A stretch of DNA of 64,000 nt from Lepidodermella squamata (Eukaryota; Animalia; Gastrotricha): the NCBI GenBank assembly GCA_047495785.1, contig JBLDXI010000002.1:1054001-1118000 (forward strand), in the 5' to 3' direction. A program made the translations under genes and the position numbers. The notes under the pieces are model-generated. The model worked only from the letters and a program-made list of their open reading frames with translations, was not told the DNA's origin and searched no databases. Below, piece after piece: positions 1 through 12,798 of the stretch. Numbering within the stretch: the first letter of the stretch is position 1; each line of letters opens with the position of its first letter.

Positions 1-798
1 TACAAAAGGACGTGAATCGCCGTATAGCCTTGACGTTGTGCTCACCTTGATATTGTCATCATACGCAAAAACACGTAATAATGAGCAGCTTTTATGAAAA
101 CTTACTATGGTCACTATAAATATATCTAATATAATTCGTCATTAGTCATATTATATTATTAATCATATGCACGTTTTTTAGCCTCTTCATTCTTTGTTGT
201 AAATTCCCCCAGGCCTTGTGAAAAAGAGCAGCTAGAAGATCGGCGTCTTCTATGGAGAATAAAAATAAAGCGGAAAATTCAATGAAAACTGGTTCTCACA
301 ATATAATGAATCTTCGACAAAATTATTCCTGTTCTTCCTCTAAGTCGCCTCCAATATATCATAGATCTTAAAATCATAAATCTCAAATGTCTCGTTCATA
401 GAATTAGTAAGCCTTGGGCGAAAAAGGCGAATGCCATTTCTCCCGGTAAGGTTCAAAAGTCCTTCAAAAGTCAAAATGAAGCTGTGGTATTAATGAAAAA
501 GCAAGAAAAACATTTTTGGTAAGGTTTCCTTGAGGTGGTCATCAAATTCCCGAGCTTCGTCTGGCGTCGCTTCATTCGGGAAGTGGCCGAAAGTGCAAAT
601 CAAGTGAGCCCTGTCTCCAATTATTGTCCTTTGATTCAAACTGAGCGTATTGTTCGCAAGAGCTAGGAGCGTTTCATATTGTTTGAAACAGTTAGTACTT
701 CGTCATAATATTTAAGAATGCCACAATTCGAGCAAAATTTGTATAATTTCCAAAACTCTGCTCATCTAGGCAAGGATAGCACAAGGCTTTTAATTTCC
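1..798. repeat. Spacer of tandem unit 1 (dynamin upstream region)
   Basis: Position 1 aligns with 15210 and 26564 at near identity; alignment resumes at 4048 after the MULE insertion. Confidence 0.95.
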
Positions 799-3700
799 GA
801 TTTATGTCCGATTCCCCGAAATAACTTCCCCGAAAACTTGTTGCCCGAAAAGTGCGTCGCCGAAATAATTTTCCCGAAATAACTTCCCCGAAACGATTAG
901 TCGCTGTAGTAGCGACGAGAAAGACGCTTGTTAGGCTCAAGGAATTTCCCCGAAAACACACACATGCATAAACTGCAAGAAGATGAATAAACAAATATTA
1001 GTAGGTATCTAAAATTAATACACAGCTATACAGGTGGTTTCCCCGAAAACACGCGGACGCACACAACCACTTCCGCATGAGCTGTTGGCATAAACAAAGA
1101 GAATCGACATGCATTGACATAAAAAGACGCCCGTCCGAAGGAGGTTAATCCTCTTAGGTCTTAGGCTGGACGCACTGATTAAAACCGGAAAGAACACGGG
1201 TGCTATATGAAACATGTATTATCACAGCTGCATAGAAAACGCGCGTAAATCAACATCAATGATTGGAGTGCAATTTGACCAGCATTTGCTTTAATAAACT
1301 CTGGAACTTTCAAACTGTAATCAGTAAAATATGCTGACGGCTATAAGATTTCTCCCATTGCAGTCACTTTATATTTATATTTTTTTATTTATTCCAATGT
1401 AAGCTTGGTCCATGATCTGGCTGAACTTCATTTGCTGCTGTTTTCAATTAAATTTCAAATTTCAAATTCATTAAATATTGCGGAATTAAGATGTTAATGT
1501 TTGAATTAGATTCTGACCAGCTACAATAAAAGTCGCTTATGTTATGTCTAAAACAACAAGATCGAAGAGAGTGTCACCCCTGATCAGCCTAACTATGATT
1601 AAAAAGGGGCGCGGAAGACCGAGGAAGACTCAGCCTCAGCCTCAGCCGAATCCTGTCACGCCTCGCTTACCTGGTAATTTAAAAATTCTCGAACTCCTGA
1701 AATGCATTCATGAATTTGTTTGTGAAAGCGCCATCTCAAACCTCAACTCAGGTAAAGCCGCTGAAGGCTAAGAAGCGTGTCGCTCCGGTGACTGTTGACA
1801 GCCTAGTCTCTCTGATTTCGCCCATCGCAGTAGATACTCGACTCGACTCGCCGGACGTCTTGGACTCGCCCCCATCTCTCGAACCGCAATCGCCTCCTCG
1901 GTCGCCGTTGGCTGTCGAAAACAGCATGCCGTCAGGCTCCCCGGATTCACCCCCGCCGGAAAGACCGCCGCTGGGAGCCCCGGAAGCCGATTATCTCCGC
2001 TACGTCGAGGCATTCGAAGAGCACCACCGGCGCAAAGCGAACAAATTTCGTGATCGCAACGCTATTCAGCCTTTCGAGAAAAAAGCGATGCGCAGGTACA
2101 AAGCTGATCTCTCCGCAAATTCAGCTCAACGCGGCTGTACTTTTGAAGACGTTAGTCAACTTTCGATTCAAGCCGAGTCAGAAGCTGTTTTGCGGTACCG
2201 AAATGCACATGGTGGCTGTGTTGTCGTGTACAAGGGTCGTATTTACCTGGAAGATCGTCACGTGATCCGCGGCAAAGAATACATTTATTACCGATGTGCT
2301 AATCATCGTGAATGCAAATGTGCCGCCAAGCTACAACCGCAAGACGTTCCAGCGATGCCGTCGAATTACGAAGGCGGCGTGTGCAAATGGGATAATCGGC
2401 CGATGAAGGTCTATGGGCCTGTTGTCGAGGGTCATGAAGGCGATGATAGCGATGAGCGATTTCACGCGGCGGCTTGCATTTCAAATCACGAGCAAATCGA
2501 GGCTGACTTGGCGGAAGAAGTCCTGCGTAGAGTCAGGGAAATGCCTGATAAGGCACCAAATCAGCTCTATATTGAAGTTCGCAACGGTCTCTCGAGGGAG
2601 GTGCTGAAGCTATTCCGCTCATTCGAGTCGATGAAAAACCGGTTTTACTGCGCGAAGAAGGAGGAATATCCGCCCAACCCCGACGATCTAGATCATCTGC
2701 TGGAAATAGTGAAGTCTGCCGTGCAAAATGACCCTGATGCAATGGAAGCCAACAACTTGGATAGATTTTTGTACGACCACAAAGGGCGAAAATTCCTAAG
2801 AAAATTTTATCATGACGAATCTGGTAAGGCTTACATGATTTTTGCAACCGATGATGGACTGAAGAGAATGGCTCGAACGGCTCGGTGGTTCTTCGACGGC
2901 ACTTTCAAAATGGCTGCGAAGCACTTCATGCAAATGTTCACAATCCACACGATTGAACATGGCGTTTCGGTACCGGCGGCTTACGTGCTAATGACGAATA
3001 AAGATTCTAAGTTATACGAGTCTATGTTCGAAACGTTTTTTTCGATGATAGAAAAGCTTGGCGAGCCCCTTGCCCTAGAAGAGGTGACATGTGACTACGA
3101 GTCGGGTCTCTTACCGGTTCTGCGAGAATTGCGAGGAAAAAACGGCCAGCGACTCCGCATCATCGGCTGCCATTTCCATTTCAGGTAAATTCTTAAATTT
3201 AATTTCTAAATATTTTGAATTTCAAATTTTTTGTTGAAATTTCTAAATTTTATTTTAATAATTTTAATTTTCAAATTTTAGTCTTGAAAATTTTCAAATT
3301 TATCTTTTTCTTTAAAGCCAAGCCATAATTCGAAAACTGGGTGATTTGGGCCTCCTTAAATATTGTCGAAAGCCGAGTCGGGTGGCAACTAACGTGACGC
3401 GGAGTTACGTCCGCCGCTTTCTAGCTCTAGCCTTTCTACCCGTTGAAGATGTTGAAGATGTGCCGAGCGCCATTCATTATCTCATCGAAAAAGCTCCCGC
3501 AATTCAAGCTATGAAGCAATTCTGCACGTATTTCAATTCAACGTGGGGCGAGAAAGGGCTCTTTCCTCCATGTGAGTGGAACGTTCACGACGAAGAAATA
3601 CGAACAAACAATGTCGTGGAAGGTCAGCACTATTATTTCTCGTTTTTCGCTGTAACTTTCGGGCGGCCAAAAATTAAAAAGAACAATAAAAAAGTATAAA

Positions 3701-4039
3701 ACCATCGATACGGCAATACATTTGCTAGAACAGTGGTATCTGTCGGAGAATCGACGGACAAGGCCTGGCGCCATTAGAACGTTCAGCCCGTCGCATAACT
3801 GTTCTCATCGAGTTTTTAGAGAGCATTAGCCTGCATCTCTCGGACATCAGCGCCGGATTGTGATATGAATATTTTGCTCCTTGAATACAAACTTGTTGTG
3901 AATAAAGCTCGCGTTTTTGTACAATTTCGGGGAAGCTTGTTTTCGGGGAAATATACATCATGCGCGCAGCAATTTCGGGGAAAATCTTTCGAGCAACTAT
4001 GTTTTCGGGGAAACTATTTCGGGGATTCGGGAACACACC
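799..4039 (+). mobile_element. Mutator-like (MULE) DNA transposon, 3.24 kb
   Basis: TSD TAATTTCC at 791-798 and 4040-4047; empty site ttttaatttccaac near 27345; imperfect TIRs built from repeated CCCCGAAA/TTTCGGGG motifs. Confidence 0.92.
1544..3699 (+). CDS. MULE transposase (AT-hook, FLYWCH-like zinc finger, DDE); C-terminus probably frameshifted
   Basis: Exons 1544-1673, 1729-3184, 3318-3699 with frame-preserving GT-AG introns; GRGRPRK, YYRC..C..H, WFFDGTF, VTCDYE, GCHFHFSQAI, RTNNVVEG; a typical tail (KYKTID...EFLESIS) continues in other frames after about 3690. Confidence 0.85.
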
Positions 4040-4205
4040 TAATTTCCAACTTCATTGCGAAAAAAGTCTGTGAAACATCTGCCCTCGATTTTACTGAATT
4101 TACTAGCGAAACTGGAAGCTGAAAATTGTAGAGATGTGTTGACTAAATGTTACAGATATGGCAACAAGAATGCGAAGGAAATTTTCTTCGACTTTAACAT
4201 TGGCA

Positions 4206-4258
4206 AACAGACAACAGACAACAACACAACAACAGACAACAACAACAACAACAACAAT
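4206..4258. repeat. CAA/ACA-rich microsatellite
   Basis: acaacagacaacaacacaacaacagacaacaacaac...; shorter in the paralogous site near 27525. Confidence 0.8.
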
Positions 4259-4282
4259 TAATGGTCAAACAATACAGTTAAT

Positions 4283-4873
4283 AGTTACTTCTCGATAGAT
4301 GTTGCATCACCAAGGCAGATTTCGAGTTGGCAACCAGTTTTATCAGCGTCGTATTTCACAAGGTCGCTTCATTGCCTTTCTCCAACGCCAACTACATCGC
4401 AATTTTACCCTCGCCATTCGCATTATTAACGCCAGAATTGTCAGTTTCCAGCAGCTTCAACACACCGAATTCACGTCCAGCCAGCACAGCTCGATGCAGG
4501 GCATTTTCGCCGCGGCTGTTTGCCGTGTAGATCGTCGCATTCATCTCAGCCAGGTACATCGTAATCAGCTCACTGCCGCTGTCAACGGCGTACATCAAGG
4601 CAGTGTTGCCGTCTTTATCGGCCACGTTAATGTCAGCGCCAGCTTCGATCAACTTGATGGCTATCTCGATGTTGTTCGACGCAACGGCGGCGATTAGGGG
4701 AGTAAAACCAGTTGCGGCGTCTTTCTGGTTTAGATCAACTTTTTGATTGATGAAATTCACAACAGCTTCCACATCACCTTCCTTCGCCGCTTGAATGATT
4801 GATTTCTAGGGGGAAATTGTAATAAACTTTATCAATTATTAAGTTTGTAACCTGTGAACAGCTCATCACCAGG
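4283..4873 (-). pseudogene. 5'-truncated ankyrin gene copy (unit 1)
   Basis: Near identical to about 27570-28168 but cut by the TIR at 4874; stop at 4392 and a small frameshifting deletion near 4364. Confidence 0.9.
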
Positions 4874-6370
4874 GGACCACTTTCGTGCGGTCCAAGGTTA
4901 ATGCATAATATACATATTTTCCACCTGTCATTATGGTTGCTTATTTTGAGATAAAATTTTTGGCGATGTTGAATATCATGGAAACCAGTCTTAACCATGG
5001 ACCGCAGCTAAAAAACGCATATTGGACCGCAATTTTCACAAAAATGCCATTTTAATGAAATTTGCGGTCCATTCACGTGCGGTCCATCAATTCCAGGTCG
5101 ACTACAATTCGGGGTCAATTGGACTGGGGAGGTTAATCACCCTGAAGGAGTTTCGACATGCAGTCAAATTCGCGGTCAAGAGCGCGAAGAAATGGCGAGT
5201 CGATTGAGAATCCTATGTCGCAGTGACGGAACCAGTATTGGTGTTCCAGTCCTCGAGCTGGTCTCCGCCGATCAACACACCTCTTCCATTACATCATGGC
5301 TGTTGTCGTGGAAGACGGCGCTGATGAATCGCTCTCAGGCAGCCAGATTGCCTCGAGCTCAAGTTACTGACGCTTGTTTTGCAGAGTTACAGGCCGGTTC
5401 GATGGCTTTCAACCGCCTTGATTTGCATCGCTACCTCTGCGCCGTTTACAAATTCATTGTCAATGACAAGATCTTCATACCGCCAGGCTACACGATGCTG
5501 TTTATATGTTTTTCACACTTGATGAAGGATTACGGCATCGCGTTGAAGAAGGCAATCCATGGCATGAAAAAAGACAACAAAGAGCTGAGCCTTCGCCATC
5601 TTGGTGTTCTTCAAAGCCCGCGAATTTTCTCCGATGCTGTGATTATTTTCCGTCTGATCATCCGTGTCCGCTGCAGCCTCCGTCTGAACAAAGTTGCCGT
5701 CGAAGCGAAGAAAGAGCTGGAATCGCGTAAATCAAAACAGAGACTTGATTGCGGAGATTTCTGGCATCGTCGAGAAGACTAGTACCGAACCGGAAGCAAC
5801 TTCTGAGCAGGAAGCAACTTCTGTCGACGACGACGAAAACACGCCTGTCGAATCGGTTTCCTTACAGTCGCTCGACACCTTTCGGCCGGTTTTTCCGCAG
5901 AGTCCGAAATGAAGAACAGTGCTTGCTGGAACGAGTAGACAATTAATCGGGTTTGAAAGATAACCCTGATTACAACCCAGCTGATGTCAACGTTCTCAAC
6001 AACAACCCTATCTTCATGTCAATGTACTGTTGTTGGGGGGGGGGGGGGGCAAGCTACATTTTCGCTACACTGCCTGACAACGCGACGGGTCGTGTTTCCA
6101 ATGCGCCGGTCGAAAGTTGGATGCGAGTGTACAAAGCAGATCTCAACATGAAGAAAACTTTCAGCACACCACCTGCCGTCATCCGACGCGTTAAGCCGGC
6201 TATTTTCGGCCGCATTCGTAAAGATTCGATGCCCAGATTCGTATCCAAATTGCAATGGACACGCGGTAAAAACACGTACTGCAAACTTCCGGAGCTGGCA
6301 AGATCCCGATGGATGGATCGGAAGTCCAATCGCAAGCCTCCGAAGCCTATTTTACTGTCATTACTTAATA

Positions 6371-7777
6371 ATGGCACAACGCTTATCTCAAAACCCAAAC
6401 AACCCACCCCAAAACAAGCCGAAAAATGCCCGTTTTATTATTTATAACATCGAACAGGAATACAAAAAATGTGACTGGTTGGATATTATTCCTAAACTAA
6501 CGTCTGTTTTCACCGGTGTCACTTTCCGAAACGGTAAGCACACTTCTAACCGTGACATATATTTCGAGGTTAGCGATGTCAAGGGCATAAACGTTGTCAC
6601 CTCTATGATTGGCAAATTCCCTAACAATATTTTCGGCCCGAATGCCAAATTAAGGTTTTCAAATGAACCTATTTCCGAGGAAACTCGAATGCGCATTGCG
6701 TCAGGACTTAGAACAGTAGTGGTTAAAAAAGTATGCCGTAACATCTCCGCTGATCGGCTAAAAGAAACTTTGAATAGCAAGCTACACCTGGATTGCGAAG
6801 AAGTTACTTGGATCTCTAAACCCATTGTGACCATAGGAAAAGTGAAGATTGTGCTAAGGACTGCAGATGACGCTAAAAAACTTCTTGAAAATCACCTGAA
6901 ACTTGATAATCAATTTTTTTATTGCGAAAAATTCCGTGTCGAACAACTGCCAATGCAATGTATAAAGTGCTGGGGCTTTAACCATCGACACGACAATTGT
7001 GAGGCGAAAGACGCTCTTTGCAAGAAATGCGGCTCGGATGAACATACCCACCTTGACTGCGTTTTAAAAGACCGAAACAACCCGAATAGCTACTGCGTAA
7101 ATTGCCACAGATTTGGTCACCCAGCATCCTTTGCCGGCTGCCCAGTCTACCAAGATGTTCTCAAGGCATTAAATAACCCGCCCATTTTCAAACCAGCGCC
7201 ACCGCCGCAACGACAAGCTTGGCAATACCAACCGGCCTTTTTTCCGCCACTACTTCAGCCACCACCAGCGAAACAGCTACCGCCTCAAGTACCTCAACAA
7301 TTGCAGACCAATCCGCAGCAGCTGAACGAGGCCAGTAACCATCTTGTCAAGGAACTAGTCTCCAAGGCTGTTAACGATTTAATAAAAAATCTCAACTCTA
7401 AAAGCCTATCGTCACTCACGAGTAACGATTTGGCAAAAGTCATGGACGATCTTCGCGACGAAGCCGCTGCTAGGCCAGACCTTGGACTTGACGATAAGCT
7501 CATTACTGAAGTGAAAACAGTTGTCGTTACTCTCAAAACTCTCACCGAACGCCTAACCGAAGCTGCGAAGGAGGAAGATAAGAAAACGAAAGCATCCAAA
7601 GGAACGAATCCCCCAGCCTCAGCGTCAGCGGCAAACAAACGCGGCCGTCCCAACACGAGTGCCGAAGACAGTGCTGAAATGAAACCGCCAGCAAAACAAT
7701 CAACATCTTCCCAAAGTCAACCTCCCAGTCAAATGCTGGCATCGGCAAATGACTCCTTTGTGTACACAGATCAGTAA
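6371..7777 (+). CDS. LINE ORF1, gag-like nucleic-acid chaperone
   Basis: 468 aa; three CCHC knuckles CIKCWGFNHRHDNC, CKKCGSDEHTHLDC, CVNCHRFGHPASFAGC. Confidence 0.9.
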   Translation: MAQRLSQNPNNPPQNKPKNARFIIYNIEQEYKKCDWLDIIPKLTSVFTGVTFRNGKHTSNRDIYFEVSDVKGINVVTSMIGKFPNNIFGPNAKLRFSNEPISEETRMRIASGLRTVVVKKVCRNISADRLKETLNSKLHLDCEEVTWISKPIVTIGKVKIVLRTADDAKKLLENHLKLDNQFFYCEKFRVEQLPMQCIKCWGFNHRHDNCEAKDALCKKCGSDEHTHLDCVLKDRNNPNSYCVNCHRFGHPASFAGCPVYQDVLKALNNPPIFKPAPPPQRQAWQYQPAFFPPLLQPPPAKQLPPQVPQQLQTNPQQLNEASNHLVKELVSKAVNDLIKNLNSKSLSSLTSNDLAKVMDDLRDEAAARPDLGLDDKLITEVKTVVVTLKTLTERLTEAAKEEDKKTKASKGTNPPASASAANKRGRPNTSAEDSAEMKPPAKQSTSSQSQPPSQMLASANDSFVYTDQ

Positions 7778-7866
7778 AAAGTCAACTTAAAAAATTTGTT
7801 CTACTAAGCCCTAAACTTTCTACTTTCTACTTTTTTCTACTCTTCTATCGTACTTAATTATATATT

Positions 7867-10576
7867 ATGAGTATGATCACAGCAAAAATACTTTTGTGTA
7901 ATTTTAACAGTATAATGAAGCGCAAGAATGAGATCTCGTCGGTTATGAACCGCAGACAGGTAGATGTTGCGTGCTTCAACGAACTGAAAATTAAGAAGGG
8001 TGACACTTATTTCATCCCAAATTACAGAACTCTGGCTCTTGAGCGCACCAGCCACGGAGGAGGCGTCGGTGTAAACCCAGCAACGCATCTAACCGTCGAA
8101 AATTTCGGAAAAAATACTATAGATCGCGTAGAGATAGCTTTTGTCGATATCAGGCTCGGCGACCGTATAATTCGAATCGCGACTGCCTACTGCCCCGCGA
8201 CTGCTGTAAGAGTCGAAACTCTAATGGGACCAAACTGTTACCGCTGCTGCTAAACAATAATCTCGTTATGTTAAGTAAAGGTCAAGTTACTCATCGCTCC
8301 CCGATAGGAGAAGATGATCAGCTGGACGTATTCATATGTTCCAGGGAATTGAAAGACTATTTCTCGACGCCCTACGTCTTGCCGTCTGTTGGTACTGAAC
8401 ACTTACCAGTGGTTATAGAGTACTCAGCCTTATCTTTAACGGGAAAAAGACAGAATTTCTACCCAGAATATCGATATAACTATCGCAACGTAAACTGGAC
8501 GATATTCAAGAGCGGTATGGACGAGATGTGTGAACGCATTTTGTCAAACAAACCGATAAAATTTGAAGATCAGCCCTCCATGGATATGTTTTACAAAGGT
8601 ATCGAAGACATATTTTGTACAACAAGGGACAAGCACATAGCTAGAATACCCGCGGGAAAACTAAAAATTTGTCGAACGACCAAACCGATACTTATTGCCA
8701 CGAAAAATCGAAATAGGCTTCAGCGACTAGCTAAAAAGTATAATTCTCCGTCTCTGAAGAGGGCGTATTACAAATCCCGCGACCAAGTGACCGAAATGTG
8801 GACAAAAGAGACAAACCGGTGGGTATACAAAAAACAAATAAGCGCGCATGGTCACTTCGGAACGGCCCCGCAAATGTTCTGGAGAGCTATGAATTCGGCC
8901 ATGAAAAGAAATGCGTCTACAACTCCTCACGTCATGAAAGACCTGCTGGTCGACGGGCGCTCAATAACCTCTGATGCAGGAAAAGTTGAGGTGATGGGGG
9001 AATTCCTCGAAAATACATTTTCTGAGTGCAATAACTTACAACTAACCGCAGAAGACCGGCTATACCAGGCAGACGCAAAAGCCGCCGCCAGCTTACCTTG
9101 CTTCGAACCTGGAGTCATAAATGAAGAAGCTAGAAGTGTTTTAAATACGGATATGATAAGAAACCACATTCGAGACCTTAAAATGAAAGCCCCAGGCCAC
9201 GACAATGTTCATAACACTTTGCTTAAACAAGCCTCCGACAAAATGATTCAACTTTTGCTCTTTTTATACACAAGCATTTTGATATTCGGTTTTGTACCGT
9301 CAGCTTGGAAAATAGCTGTTGTTATTTTATTACCTAAGCCAGGCAAAGACCATCAATCACCGAAAGGCCACAGGCCCATTTCTCTCCTGCCAACTATAGG
9401 CAAACTATTCGACAAAATCTTGAACCGAATTTTAATGACAACTCTAGAAAAAAACTCCTGGTTTGCCAATTGGCAGTGCGGCTTCCGTTTTTTAAGGGGC
9501 TGCTCAGACCATTTATTCAGGTTAGCTCAAGCTGGAAAAGCAGCCATGCAGCAAGGGAAGGACGTAACCGCCTGTTTTTTAGACGTACAAGCTGCTTTCG
9601 ACAAGGTTCCGCACTTCATTTTACTACTTATAATATCTAATCTACCTATTCCAAATTATCTCAAACGTTACCTCGCCAGCAATCTCAAAGAGCGAAAATT
9701 CATGGTAAGAATTGGTTCTGCGCTAGGTAACGCAAGGCCTATCAGAGCTGGGGTCCCGCAAGGGGCGCCCAGTAGTCCATCTCTTTTTATTATTTTTACC
9801 AATAGTCTTTTTGATAATATTAACCAGCCACTTGTTGAACGCGGAGGGCTGGCTGACGACATTTTACTTTTTACAACGTCCGAACGATCCTCATTTGCTA
9901 AACGACAGGTAAAAGAGAGACTTGAATCCACACTTGACCTTGTGCTCAAATGGTATAACCGACATATGCTTAAACTGAATTCGGATAAAACGCAGGTGAT
10001 CCGCTTCTCTCTAGCGAAAGAGGATAACAGAACGAAACTCGTCTTTGATGGCAATACCCTTCCCTGGCTTACGGAAGTTACCTATCTCGGCGTTATCTTT
10101 GATAAAAAACTCAATTTTAACTCTCATGTCTTAAAGATACAGGACAAAGTCACCTCGCGAATTTCAAGCTTGCGTCGCCTGTGTGGTCCATCAGTTCGAA
10201 TGCCTCCAAACCAGCTCTAACTGTGTTCAAAGCCTACGTCCGCTCTGCCGTGGAGTCCGGCTGCGAAGCCTTTCTCTCAATGAAAGACGACAACATGATA
10301 ACCCTTCAAACCATTCAAAACACGGCCCTGAAGATTTGCCCCGGTAAACCGCGATGGTACGGCACGAAGCAGATTCATCTCGAAGCAGGTGTTCCAATGC
10401 TGAAAGACCAATTAGCTGCAAGAACAGCGAAAGCGATTGCCCGAGCTATAAGAGTTGGCACCGAATGTGGCTTAGAAACTGTCGAGGTCTTACAAAAACC
10501 TCCTGTTACACCCTCACGCCCATCTGTTAAAGCACCACTTGACGTAATTCGAGATTTCATTGTAGACATTGTTTGA
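7867..10576 (+). pseudogene. LINE ORF2 (APE endonuclease + reverse transcriptase), frameshifted
   Basis: ACFNE, GGGV, TEHLPV (APE); KAPGHD, RPISLL, FLDVQAAFDKV, GVPQG, LADD, YLGVIFD (RT); split across three ORFs with breaks near 8225 and 10210. Confidence 0.9.
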
Positions 10577-10819
10577 GAATGCGTGTATATGTTGTAAAAA
10601 GCTTATTGCAAATGATATACACTAAGATATATTTTGATTTTGATTACAACTAATCTATTTATTATTATTTGTCTTATGGCATCGTACGACTTGAAGTTGA
10701 ACCTGTGAACTGTTAAACTACATCGAATTTTATTTCCTACGAGTACGGAAATTTGAATTCTCCGATTTTTACTACTACCTCATATTACAACTGAAAAACC
10801 TGCGAAAAAAAAAATGAAA

Positions 10820-10979
10820 TTTTCTCTCTCGGACATGGCCCCCCGGAGCGTGAGCGCGGCTCTGATGGCCCGTAGAGGCTCTCGTTGTCAGCCGGTGGGC
10901 TAGCGCGAGCCTTGTTTTGTCGGGCCTCCTTAGCTATGCGCTCAGTTGTCTCCGGGGATCCCATTTCCCAGAGAGAAAA
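10820..10979 (+). other. Long imperfect RNA hairpin in LINE 3'UTR
   Basis: Nested complementary blocks TTTTCTCTCT/AGAGAGAAAA, ATGG/CCAT, CCCCGGAG/CTCCGGGG, TGAGCGC/GCGCTCA, GGCCCG/CGGGCC, AGGCTC/GAGCCT, AGCC-ggtg-GGCT. Confidence 0.85.
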
Positions 10980-11899
10980 GGAAAGAATAATGAGGTGAAA
11001 CGAATATCCTGTAAACTGACACATTTCAGTTCGTACTTCCGCATGCATTGACTATTCCTATCTTACTTGATCTTGGTTTTTTTTTACACTCTTCGCATAT
11101 AATAATATTTCACGATTTTACATTTTTGAAGAACTAACTGATACTATAATGACAGTTAATATATGCACTCAAAGTAATCAAAACACTAATACTAACCTAA
11201 AAACAATTAGCGGTTATAAGATTCTACGGTTTTACATAATCGCGGGGTTGAACCCAAATAAAACATGATATTTAAAAAAAAAAAAAAGCCTCCGAAATAT
11301 TGTCCAAGGCTATCACCTCGGACCAAATCTCGACTTGACGGTGAGAATTCCTCTTCGTTAATTTTTCCCCTTCTTAATGTTGAAATATCACTTCAGAGGC
11401 GAAGCGAAACGCTGAGGTGAACCTGTCGAGTCCGATTTGGCTAGTATTGATGCCATTTCCCCCTCCGCTCAGCTGAGAAATCAATCGCCTGATGATGAAC
11501 TTCCGTTATCTGACCTTATCAATAAGCCACGCAGAAGGCAGCAGTCAAAACGAGGTAAAGACATTTCTGTGGCAATATCTTTTCGCTCTGATGAAGGTTT
11601 CCTTTTCAAATGTAGTAGTGCAAAGTTCATCATCGGCAACGCCAACCACCGACTCATCTGTTTCCTTTCAATCGTCCAAACAGAGCAAGAAAAAGCGCCG
11701 GAAATCTAAGCCGAAGCCTCAAAGAGAAAACCGCGCAGAATCGAGAATGGGTTCGGCAACACCAGAACCGAGTTTGCCTGCCGTCATTCCCCTCGGTATG
11801 GTTCTTTTCCACCCGGTCAATCACGAGTGGCAGCTGTCAAGAGCCAAGATGTTGGGCGGGCAGGTTACGGTTCAAATCAAGCCTGAGCTAGCAGCGATC

Positions 11900-12414
11900 T
11901 GCATTATGTCGCCGAGAAGCAGTCCTCCGCTGCGAACTGTTTCCATGCTCGGCGATGGCGCCTGCTTCTTCAGGATGCTGTCTTACTGGGTTTATGGTAC
12001 TCAGGACCATCATTTGATGGTAAGGATTTTAATTTGATTACACTTACTTTGTAGTTTGAAATTGTATCTGATAGATAAGGAAGAAAATTTGCAAATTCAT
12101 TGAGGAGAATGGAGACCTCTTGCCTACCTGCGCAATACCACAACAACGGGAGCAACTACGTCAAGGCTACGCGTATGCGCTTCAAGTCTACATTCGCCGA
12201 ATTCGTCGAGATATATGCTGCAGCGCTATTCCTGAATACCACCATTTACGTATTCGGTAGGGAGCAAGAAAATTCGGTCGAATTCGAGTGGCGCCGGTTT
12301 GCTGCACAGGGCGGCATGGAGAGCCAGCCAATGAACAACAACGAGCGCGCCATCTACTGCGTCATCAACAATGCGCACTTCGACGTTGTACTCTCAATCC
12401 GTAACGTGGACTAG
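11900..12414 (+). pseudogene. OTU-like cysteine protease domain of transposon copy 1
   Basis: GDGACFFRMLS (Cys box), EIYAAALFLNTTIYVF, HFDVV (His box); probable intron near 12020-12074; frameshift shared with copy 2. Confidence 0.8.
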
Positions 12415-12798
12415 ACTTGGACTAGCAACTAACTATACTAAATGACTCAAAAAACACTTAAAACTAAAAACTAACCGCGGAAACCAATAAAGACAGCCTC
12501 TAGGTCGCCCTCGTAACATCGAAATCTCGTTATGCCATGATAATAGCCCGGAATTGATGGACCGCACGTGAATGGACCGCAAATTTCATTAAAATGGCAT
12601 TTTTGTGAAAATTGCGGTCCAATATGCGTTTTTTAGCTGCGGTCCATGGTTAAGACTGGTTTCCATGATATTCAACATCGCCAAAAATTTTATCTCAAAA
12701 TAAGCAACCATAATGACAGGTGGAAAATATGTATATTATGCATTAACCTTGGACCGCACGAAAGTGGTCCGCTAACTTCACGCGGGTTTAGGAAGTTT

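Larger units (their letters stand above)
6345..11285 (+). mobile_element. Non-LTR retrotransposon (I/Jockey-group-like LINE), near full length
   Basis: TSD AAGCCTCCGAA at 6334-6344 and 11286-11296; AATAAA and poly(A) at the 3' end; empty site in copy 2 near 21453. Confidence 0.95.
4874..12770 (+). mobile_element. NOF-FB/Mutator-like TIR transposon copy 1 (defective; OTU domain; contains LINE)
   Basis: TIRs 4874-5094 and 12543-12770 (GGACCACTTTCGTGCGGTCC...GGACCGCACGAAAGTGGTCC) with repeated GGACCGCA motifs; ~860-bp deletion after 5094 relative to copy 2; transposase remnants PVLELVS, QVTDAC..AFN, ICFSHLMK, SNAPVES. Confidence 0.88.

Noticed and set aside
4874-5094. Repeated GGACCGCA motifs as a CRISPR-like array
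   Set aside because: 8-bp motifs in both orientations with irregular spacing inside TIRs; eukaryotic context and no cas genes
5581-5590. GAGCTGAGC as an excision footprint of the Gypsy element
   Set aside because: It keeps the transposase frame (KELSLRHLG), so it is most likely the original empty site
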